Assembly: GCF_001194135.2 (NCBI RefSeq)
Contig: NC_068982.1
Coordinates: 126,083,345-126,139,407 of the forward strand
Direction: 5' to 3'
Source: Octopus bimaculoides
Taxonomy: Eukaryota
Length of the DNA: 56,063 bases
The position numbers and the translations under genes are program-made. The notes beneath the pieces were generated by a model. It had not been told where the DNA came from and made no database searches. It saw only the letters and a list, made by a program, of their open reading frames with translations. Shown piece after piece: positions 46,650 through 56,063 of this stretch; within the stretch, counting starts at the first letter, position 1, and each line of letters starts with the position of its first letter.

Positions 46650-47140
46650 CTTTTCCTTCATCTTTTCCTTCACCTCTTCCACATCTGCAAAGCGTTTTCC
46701 TTTCAGGACTTTTTTTATTTGGGAGAACAAAAAAAAAAAAAAAGTTGCAGAGAACAAGATTAGGTGAATAGGAAGGATGAGTAAGTAGGGTCATGTCACT
46801 TTTGGTCAAAAATTCTCTCATACTCAAGGCGGTGTCCACAGGCAGATTGTTGTGATGAAACCCCCACTCACCATTTTGCCATAGGTTGAGGCATTTTCAC
46901 CTCACTGCATCTCACAAATGCTTCAGAACTGCCAAGTAAAATGTCTGGTTAGCAGTTTGACCAGGAGGAAGAAATTCTGTGTAGACAATTCTTTTCACAT
47001 CAATGAAACAAACCAGCATCGTCTTGACATTGGACTTCACTCGACACACTTGTTTAGGACATGGTGACATTGAATGCTTCCATTGACTTGATTGTTGCTT
47101 CATTTCCAGGTCGTAGCCATTGCACCAGCTTTTGTCACAA
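46650..47140 (-). mobile_element. Mariner transposase, catalytic-domain fragment
   Basis: DKSWCNGYDLEMKQQSSQWK...TMLVCFIDVKRIVYTEFLPPGQT...HHNNLPVDTA...HPSYSPNLVLCNFF..IKKVLKGKRF (degenerate DD34D motifs); stops and frameshifts; runs into the gap. Confidence 0.9.
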
Positions 47141-47160
47141 GTTTTGGATGTCGGAGCGGA

Positions 47161-47550
47161 AATCTGATCTGGCATCTCATCATTTATTAAGACAAACAAA
47201 AATGCTATGAAAATGTGTTACCCCAGTATATAATAATGCTCTAAAAGATAGTGGATTTAGCAAGGAAATAACGTGTTACCAGTCCAATAATAAAGAAAAG
47301 GAAACATAGGAATAGGAAAACTATCTAGTTCACACCCTCTTACTCCCCTGAAGTGACCTTTAATATAGGTAAATATTTTTTATCACTTATAGATAGACAT
47401 TTTCTAATCAATCATAATTACTGAAAGCTCTTCAATAGACATAACTTAAAAATCAGCTTTAGCTCAACTACTAATTTTAAAAAATAATCGCAGGTCATTT
47501 CCATAGCATTTTTGTTTGTCTTAATAACTGATGAGATGCCGGGGCAGATT
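47161..47550. repeat. Element bounded by about 55-bp inverted repeats
   Basis: 47161-47217 aatctgatctggcatctcatcatttattaagacaaacaaaaatgctatg is the reverse complement of about 47495-47550. Confidence 0.6.
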
Positions 47551-47704
47551 TCCACCCTGACCTCTGAAACTCAGAGTTTTATTATGGCAACCGAATAATT
47601 GTCACATATTATATTACAGATAAATTCCTCTATTTACATAATGTCGAGGTCTCATTCATTCTTTTGTTGTCATACTATTACTAATAGCACCACTTGAGCA
47701 TAAT

Positions 47705-48055
47705 CGTTACCAGCGTTGCCTTCTAGCACTTGTGCTGGTGGCACATTAGAAAATCATTCGAGCGAGGTCATTGCCAGTGCCGCTGGACTGGTTTCCGTGC
47801 AGGTGGCATGTAAAAAAACACCTTTTTGAGCGTGGCCATTGCCAGTACCGTGTGACTGGCCCTTGTGCCGGTGGCACGTAAAAGCACCCACTACATTCTC
47901 GGAGTGGTTGGCATTAGGAAGGGCATCCAGCTGTAGAAACTCTGCAAGATCAGATTGGAGTCTGGTGCAGCCTTCTGGCTTGCCAGTCCTCAGTCAAATT
48001 GTCCAACCCATGCTAGCATGGAAAGCGGACATTATACGATGATGATGATGATGAT
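47705..48055 (+). mobile_element. RTE 3' UTR fragment (family A)
   Basis: ttaccagcgttgcc...subrepeats...core...(GAT)n. Confidence 0.85.
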
Positions 48056-48619
48056 ACACATATTAATTGAAGTGTACAATATTATATATCTATCTTTATG
48101 TAAAACATGCTCTAACAATTCTGTCAAATCCACCACTCTAGATTGGTACTTTATTGATCCTGAAAGGACAACAGGCAAAACTTACCACTGGAGAATTTGA
48201 ATAGAGTGCAGGGACCTAGAACAAATATTACAAGGCATTCTAATAACTTTACCAGTTAAATCTTTACAGATTTAAGCTATAATAACCCATAAATACTTAT
48301 TTTCCTATTATTATTGGAAAACCCATAGTAAACCCATTGCATGTTTGTTACCTGGTTTTGCCCTCACTTGTAGTCATTCACTTAAATGACGTTTACTAAT
48401 GTCTGTGAGAAATGCATGAATATCACTGCATCCTATTCTGTACTAAGAGAAATCAACTGGGAGCCATTCCAATTTATTCATTTTAAAATTCTATAAATGA
48501 ATGAAAGCAAACCTCACAACGGATGTGCCAATTTTTAAAGAAAGATTCATGTTGTTGATTTTGTTATTTCATCACAATCTCTTCCTCTATTACCTCCTCC
48601 TCCCCCTCCCTCTTCTTCT

Positions 48620-48676
48620 TCATATTACTATCATTATCATCATTATTATTATTGTTGTTGTTATTGTTACTGTCAC

Positions 48677-48731
<55 letters not shown>

Positions 48732-48873
48732 GTTGTTGTTGTTGTTGTTGTTGTTGTTATTATTATTATTATTATCATCATTTTAATTGCTGTTGTTGTT
48801 ATTGCCAGTAATGACTGTTGTAGTGAAGGCAATCGTAAAATGGAAGTTTTTATTCCCATATTTTTGGAGTTTA

Positions 48874-48910
<37 letters not shown>

Positions 48911-48990
48911 GCCATTGCTGCTATTGCTGTTACTGTTGTTTTTGTTATTGTTGTTGCTATTGCTGCTGCTGCTGCTGCTGCTAACGTCTT
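48620..48990. repeat. Compound triplet microsatellite block
   Basis: (ATT)n, (GTT)n, (ACT)n and (GCT)n runs. Confidence 0.9.
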
Positions 48991-49074
48991 TCTTGTTATT
49001 TTCTTAAACAATGTCAGCGACTTTTGTTTAGAAATATTTTATCAATCAGAATAAAATCTTTCCAGGTCACTTAC

Positions 49075-49416
49075 TAGCATTGTTCATGAAAGAATATTCC
49101 TCTGCTTTGTTTCCATTGCTGTTGTCTTTGCATCAAGAAGAAAACAACACTAACAACAACAACAACAACAACTACAGCAACGGCAACAGCAATTTAACAA
49201 CAGCAGAAGTTATAGAACCAAATATATGTGATAGTAGCCCTTGCAGTGCCTTGATATTCATGAATGTCTTGGGTGTTGTAGAACAGAGCCTGAAATCCAG
49301 TTCTGGTCCACGACTGAAGTTAATGTATCTCATACCAAATACCATTGGAAGAGGCATAAACATGTCATCTTTCCAGTTTTTTTTTGTTTCTTTATTATAA
49401 ATCTGAGGTTTTATGC
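49075..49416 (-). CDS. Candidate exon, unknown product; 3' boundary uncertain
   Basis: Acceptor tttcttgtgtag/ opens IKPQIYNKETKKNWKDDMFMPLPMVFGMRYINFSRGPELDFRLCSTTPKTFMNIKALQG. Possible donors are G/gtatga near 49337 and A/gtaagt at 49074; the latter needs a 1-nt frameshift. Confidence 0.35.
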
Positions 49417-49974
49417 CTACACAAGAAACTGATATTTAAAAAGTCTCTTCAGTATTGTCAAGCAATTTGGCAAGGACATTAAGATATCCTTCGGAGTGGA
49501 AAAATAAATATAAAAAGTGAGAATACGAGCTGGATGGATGATTTAGGGGAAATATTACACAATCTGGACAATTCTATGGTCATTTAAATATTTGTGCATA
49601 AATGGAAGTAAAACTGTGTATGGAGGCTGTGTGAAAGAACAAGGAAATACGAATATTTTGACAGTCAAAAATATTTTGAAACAACTCTATGGAGGAGAAA
49701 TATTGCAGGAGCTGGACAATTCCATGTCTATAAATATTTGTAGGTAAGTGTGTGCGAAAGAAAAAGGAAATACAAATATTTTAGCAGTCAAAATATTTTA
49801 AAGCTTATCTCATATTAGTGGTCAAGAAAAGAAAAAAGAAGTTTTATGTGATTGATGTATTTCTAGTACTAGTCATAATAAGTAATGAGAATAATACAGA
49901 AATGAAATGAAATGAAATAAACCTGGATTCTATAGATTATAATACAGTGAGTAATCCTTGGGCCAGAAGTCATT

Positions 49975-50200
49975 GTTATCATCATCCTTTAGCAACCATT
50001 TTCCATGCTGGCATAGACTGGGAAGTTCAAGAGGGTCCGGTGAGCTATGGAGATGCATCAGGCTCCACTATCTACTTTTGCATGGTCTTCTGTGACTGGA
50101 TGTCCTTCTTAATGTCAACCACTTTACAGTGTGTACTGGATGCTTTTCTCATGCACCAGCACCAGTGAGGTCCCTAAGTAATTTGCAAGGCAAGAAAAGA
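49975..50200 (-). mobile_element. Old RTE 3' UTR-related fragment
   Basis: catcatcc...ttttccatgctggcat...ggatgtccttcttaatgtcaaccac...ggatgctttt. Confidence 0.6.
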
Positions 50201-50819
50201 GCAAAGAAAGGAAAAAGCTCCATCAAGTGGGATGAGTATCTGAGAAATGGGGAGAGATGAGGAAGCTTTATGCCCCGTTGAGAGGCTGTAGTATAAGAGA
50301 AGGACAAGTGCAGGTGTTTTTATTTTCTTATTTTTGATTGTTTTAATAATTTGGAATGATTGTATATTTGCATCTATAAAATGAGACAAGCTTAGAATCT
50401 AAGTCTAAACATATTCTCCATTTATATTTCATTACAGAGCTCATACATTTTCCCTTGAAGGTAGTTTTACGCAAATGTTATGTTAGTCCAGTTGTGCATG
50501 ATGTGTAACAGTTTCACTTTGGGAATGTTGCACATTTCACCAAAACAAATCTACCGATTACTCTCACTTCAGCTTGTCAACCACATAAAACAGTTCTACA
50601 TAGACTTTCACTTTATGCTCACCAACAACTTTTTTTTATAAATCGTTTTTCCCAATGCTTTCAAGAATTTTCCATTTATGGCACGTTTCTTACTCAAAAA
50701 TATTTTTGCAATTTGGAGGTTTTCAGACATTGGAATTTTAGATAATGGTTTATCAAAAGAAGTAACAATGTTCTTTAAAGAGCACCTCATACTACATTAC
50801 AAGTGCAGGGCTCAGTGAC

Positions 50820-51310
50820 TGTGCATCCTAGTAATAGAATGAGAGAGTGGTCTATCGAGTGTCAAGGAGATATTGGTCAATGTTTCCAGTTACTTTGCTC
50901 CAAGCACGTTCGTACACATCCTGTTGTTTCAAAACTGAAATGCATCTTGAGTACTGGATCTGCAAAGTCCTCAAATTTTTCTATTTACTGTATTTTTCAG
51001 ACCACATAGTGTCCAGAAGACAGCTGATTTCCTCAGGAGAGCATTTTTTTCTTCCTTATAGTCCCACACAGCAATATCTGGCCAGTTGCATTTTAATTTG
51101 GTGGCTGTGTTAATTCTTGAGTTCCACCAATTTTCATTTTGAATACATCAGTTTCAATACAGGTCAACTTTGTTGTTTTTTTTAAGATTTTTCCTTATTC
51201 TATTCCAGATTGTTCTAGCAACTGCATAATACCTCATGAGATTACAATATCAACAAGACAGTTTCTAATACTACTTTCGTAAAGAACTAGAAGGTCTGTT
51301 ATACTTTGGT
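50820..51310 (-). mobile_element. Degraded RLE-clade retrotransposon 3' fragment (same group as 30868-31880)
   Basis: AVARTIWN...WWNSRINTATKLKCNWPDIAVWDYKEEK..EISC; frameshifts and stops. Confidence 0.7.
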
Positions 51311-51504
51311 TGATTGTAATCATATAAAAGGTAGATACAAAATTCTAGTAAGAAATTAACTTTTGAACTCCTCAAATCAAAATCTAAAACACTAGCGAAA
51401 ATGGAAACATTACTAGTACATAAGTCAATCATGGGAACAATCATAAAAGCCGAAGCATAAACTGAATTTATTTATCATCACCACCACCATAATCATCATA
51501 ATCA

Positions 51505-51760
51505 TCTACCAAATCCACTCACAAGGCTTTGGTCAGCCTGTGGCCATAGAAGACACTTGCCCAAGGTACCATGCAGTGAGATTGAACCTGGAACCATATG
51601 ATTGGGAAGCAAGCTTCTTACCACAGGGCTACTCTTGCACCTATGTGATGAAAGGGAAAGTGAACCCTAGTGGCATTTGAACTCAGAACATAAAATCTGA
51701 AGAAATGCTGCTAAGCATTTTCCCCTGCTTGGTAACGATTCTTCCTGCTCAACAGCTTAC
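51505..51760 (-). mobile_element. Adjacent SINE B (51505-51645) and SINE C head (51650-51760)
   Basis: ctaccaaatccactcacaagg...gacacttgcccaagg; then ggcatttgaactcagaac...gctaagcatttt. Confidence 0.7.
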
Positions 51761-52094
51761 ATAAGACTAGTACTACGACATATTTTGAAAAGTTCTAAGC
51801 AATTTCCTAACACCACTTTTTGAAAATCTTCAGCCTATAGTGTCTGAGAATTAATGTTCTACATTATTTTGCTTATCAAGCTCTCCTCTGTGTGTGTCAA
51901 GTGTTAGTAATGACCAGAGGGTGATCACATCTTTATGTACCCAATAGACTAACAGTCTAACAGCAAACAAATGTTTTATCAAACAATCAAGTGGCTTATC
52001 TCATACTCACAGCCACCTATGAAATATTATATGTTGAAGCGTGTGTATAAATAAGCAAGTAGGTGTGTAGTTTTGTATGTGCATATGTGTTTGA

Positions 52095-52146
<52 letters not shown>

Positions 52147-52398
52147 AACACACTTAGCTGCTCACATATACCTATACACTTGCTTGTACAGTTATACACA
52201 CACTCCGTCTGAAGAAGAAAAGACATTTACTGAAAGCTTACTCTTAAATAAATACTAGAACAATATTTACTGAATATGGCTATTCCCATCTTCTTTTTAA
52301 TTAACACACAGACACACAAACACACACGCACACTCAGATACTTACACACACGCACTTAAAACATGTATAATTAATGAATTTATAATGCACTACTCAAT

Positions 52399-52437
<39 letters not shown>

Positions 52438-52689
52438 ATAATTTGAGATGCAAGGTATATTGTTTTCATAAACCTAAAATTTAGCCTTGCAGTCAAATGT
52501 AAACACAGGTTTTTATCTCTCTGTGAACAAAAGCTAAAAAAATCTAACTAGTTTCTGGTCTTATTAAACCTTCATCAGAGAACGATTATCTGTCCAGCCA
52601 CAGAGATATTAGTAGCATGTGGCTTTTTATAATATATAAAAACTCTAACTGAACTAAACTGGTATGTCTAATTTGCATAACAGTACATA

Positions 52690-52850
52690 TATAATAATAA
52701 TAATGATGATGATGATGATGACGATGATGACGACGATGACGATGATGACGACGACGACGATGATAATATGATAATAATAATAATAAGAAGAAGAAGAAGA
52801 AAAACAAGAAGAAGAACAACAACAAGAAGAAGAACAACAACAACAACAGA
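52690..52850. repeat. Compound triplet microsatellite (AAT/GAT/GAC/AAG/AAC)
   Basis: Seen directly; abuts the 5' end of an R4-like fragment. Confidence 0.9.
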
Positions 52851-53362
52851 GAGGCAAGATGTGGTATGAGCACAAACTTCAGAGAGTGGCAGAGTTAGAG
52901 ACTAGCAAAATCTGGGATTTCCCAATCCAAACAGATCAGGTGTTAGAGTATAAGAGACCGGACCTAGTGGTGGTCGACAAGATGCACCACATGTGCTGTA
53001 TAGTTGATGTTGCAGGCCTCTTTGACCCATGAATAGTCAAGAAGGAAGGTGAAAAAATAGATAAACACAACCCTCTTAAGTATGAAATAGCCCTGCTGTG
53101 GAAAATGAAGAAGGTGAAGATAGTGTCAATTATTGTTGAGTCCTTGAGAACAGTATCAGAATGCATCAAGAGGAATATAAAGGAAATTGGAATAGAGTCC
53201 CCAGTGGAACTGCTACGAAAGGTTTGCCTTCTTAGCTTGGCCAGAATAACCAGAAAAATATTAGATAGAAAAGAACAGATACCATAGTACTGTGGGCAGC
53301 AGGTAGCAAGCCCACTATGTGTGTAAGACTCCAGGAGTTCCAACAAAACCTGTGATAGAAAG
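52850..53362 (+). mobile_element. R4/Dong-like RLE retrotransposon, 3' fragment
   Basis: KMWYEH...IWDFPIQTDQVLEYKRPDLVVVDKMHHMCCIVDVAG...EIALLWKMKKVKIVSIIVESLRTV...ELLRKVCLLSLARITRKILD. Confidence 0.85.
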
Positions 53363-53393
53363 AAATAATAACAATAGTAATAACAATGATAAT

Positions 53394-54810
53394 ATTGGGA
53401 TGGAGTTTGGTCTTGATAAATGTACTGAGGCCACTTTCCAAAAAGAGAAATTTAAGACCCCACATGTGTTGGTGTTAAATGCTGACATAGTTATAAAAGA
53501 ACTTGAACAGGAACAAACTTGCAAATACCTCAGAATAAATGAAGGCTCTAGCATTCAGCATGCAAGCATGAAAGAGAAGATTAAGAAGGAATGCTAGAGG
53601 AGAGTTCAAGCAGTCCTGAAATCTGAGCTAAATGCATATAACAAGGTGTTAGCTATAAATTCCAGTTGTTATTTATAGTTTCAATGTGTTGAACTGGAAT
53701 ATCAATAAAATAAAGAAAATTGACAGGAAAATTTGTAAGTTGCTGGCTTGCAATAAGATGTACCATTCAAAGGTGGATGCAGATTGTCTTTACCTTCCCA
53801 GAGCTCAAGGAGGTCGGAGTTTGATCCAGTTTTAAATTTCTTACAAAACCACCACAATTGAACTGGCCAAATATCTTGAAACATCTATCGATTGTATGCT
53901 AAAGCTTGTTGAAAATCATAAGAGGTATAAGAAGCTTCATTCTGTCATGAAGGAAAGCAAAAAATTTGCTATTGAGTTCATACATGATACCCAGGTTGAA
54001 CAGCATGATGGCAGTTTGGCAACTGTTGTTGCAAAGAAGGTGATATTAATGGCAAGGAAAAAAGCATATGAACAATTAGCTGATAGGTGAGAGCAGAAAC
54101 CTCTGCATGGCAAATATGTGGCCCGTAGCAAACAAACTGATGTAGACCAGAAGTACCCCCATCAGTGGCTATGAAGCTCAGGGCTAAAGGCAGAGAGTGA
54201 AAACTTCATCTTAGCTATTCAAAATCAAAGCTTATTGATGTTGAACTACTCAGACAATGTTATAAAAAAATGGAGTAGATCCAAATTACTGATTCTGCAA
54301 TGATGAGATTGAATCAGTGGACCACCTAATCTCTGGGTGTAAAGAATCAGCACCAGTTGAATATAAATCAAGGCATGACAGAGTTGACCAATATCTGCAC
54401 TGGTTAATATGTCAGCATTATAAAATCACAACTGTTAACAAATGGTATAAGCACCATCCTGAGTCTGTTACTGATTGAGGATATGTAATGATTCCTTGGG
54501 TCTTTCCAGTACATACAGACAGAACCATCAAAGCTAATAAACTGGATGCTGTTGTGAAAGACCAAAACGATAATGCCTGTTTATTGATTGACATGAGCAT
54601 CCCTTGTGATCCTAATATCTAGCAAAAGATTTTGACAAGCTCAGAAAATTTTTTAAAATGTGGCATCTCAAAGCAGTTACAGTACCAGTGATTATAGAAA
54701 CACTTAGAATGATCAAAAATGGAACTGAAAATTACTGGAGAATGATCCCTGGTTTATCATCCATGTAATAAGTGCATAAGATTGTTTTAACTGGTATGTC
54801 ACACATATTG
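53394..54810 (+). mobile_element. R4/Dong-like retrotransposon, 5'-truncated (end of RT, thumb, CCHC, RLE)
   Basis: IGMEFGLDKC...KYLRI...LYLPRAQGGRSL...KPLHGKY...GLKAESENFILAIQNQSL...FC..ESVDHLISGC..EYKSRHD..LHWLIC..HTDRTIKANKLDAVVKD..CLLIDMSIP; many stops. Confidence 0.9.
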
Positions 54811-55479
54811 AGAAGAGTGTTGTCGCTGTAAATGTTGTTGCTGTGAATGTTGTCGCTGTGAAATATTTTCTCTCTTTTCTTCTTTCATTCCTTTTTCTTT
54901 TTTTCATTTTTCTCTTTTTGTTTTTCTATTTTTCTTTCTTGTTTCTTCTTTTCTTGTTTCTCTTCTTTTTTCTCTTTTCTTTCTTTTTTTCTTCCTTTTT
55001 TCTTTTTTCTATTACATAACTTGACTTTGCAAATGAAAAATCTAGTGTGCTTACTTTAATGGCCTATCAATGTAAACAGCGAGTTTCTTTGCCCTAGGTG
55101 TCGGGAAGACATCAGCAAGAAATGAAAGCAAAACTGAAGGACGAAGAAAAAAAACAATAACGACAATAATAATGATAATAATAATTGACCCCAGTAATGG
55201 AGTGATACATGGTTGATTGATTACTCCTCCCCAAGTAAACGAAAAGCAAAGTTGTTGTTGACTGAATTTGAACACAGTGAGCAGAGACCTGGAATGAATA
55301 TTGCAAGACACTCTCTTCAATTCTGAGAAATGAACAAAGAAAATGTGTGTGTGTGTGAAAGAGAAAATATTGAATGCTAGTTTGGCATTATCTCTCAAGT
55401 ACAAGTGCCATCTAGCCATTGTGCAAACTGTCAGTGACCAGCATTCTTCAATTTAAACCACAATCTGAGACAAGGCTAG

Positions 55480-55615
55480 AAGGATTGATGATGATGATGA
55501 TGATGATAGTGACAATGACGACGAAGATGACAATGACAATGATGACGACGACGATGATGATGATGATGACAGTGACAATGATGATGATGATGATGACAAT
55601 GATGGTGATGAAAAT
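55480..55615. repeat. (GAT/GAC/AAT) triplet microsatellite
   Basis: Seen directly in the sequence. Confidence 0.9.
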
Positions 55616-56063
55616 GGCACATTTACATTATAAAGCTATGTTCTCTATATCAATCTAAGCATTGTTTCAGGCTGCACTGTTTTGTAAGATGTCTAGTCTG
55701 CATTATTTTAGACTTAAACTTTTTAAATGTCTTACTTTTGCATATCATTTAATACACAAAAGTAAAAATTTTGAAGATATAAAATGACATCTAGGCCAAG
55801 CTTATCCACTGATTATTTTATCCAGGTCTATGTGGGGCTTTATTATTATTATTTTATGTTTGACTTTTGTTTTGCATTTGTACAAGTTGGATCCAAGTCT
55901 CACCCAGAGACCTCAAGAGACAACAAGTTAGAAGTTCATGTAGGTGTTATGCCTAGGGTACCATATATTTGGATTTGTACAGTTTTGTTCAAGTGAATGT
56001 TTAAGAAACCATAAGAAAATTATGTGTTTGCTTTAAAATTTGAGATCACATAGACAGTATTTT

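Noticed and set aside
55098-55210. GVGKTS P-loop-like peptide after an acceptor
   Set aside because: The following residues are not GTPase-like and run into an AAT microsatellite.

Overview
AT-rich eukaryotic scaffold DNA with several N gaps. Its repeat content (RTE-type LINEs, several tRNA-derived SINE families, TTAA-flanked MITEs, mariner/Tc1 relics, dense microsatellites) looks like a coleoid cephalopod, probably Octopus; this is inferred from recalled repeat motifs, not from a search. There is no long intact ORF, and nearly all ORF-track entries are microsatellite, gap or repeat artefacts. The best host-gene evidence is two in-phase minus-strand exons at 15248-15796. Weaker candidate exons occur on both strands. 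Most interesting signals: (1) restriction-like-endonuclease (RLE) non-LTR retrotransposons that appear to target microsatellites, one group in (CATA)n building tandem tail arrays and a hotspot, and a Dong/R4-like group in (AAT)n including SINE tails; (2) a 644-bp near-perfect foldback element next to a well-bounded candidate exon with a single in-frame TGA; (3) a 123-bp intron that is mostly a decayed SINE head; (4) a 45-bp exact inverted templated insertion copied from about 2.2 kb away. All family names come from motif recognition by eye.
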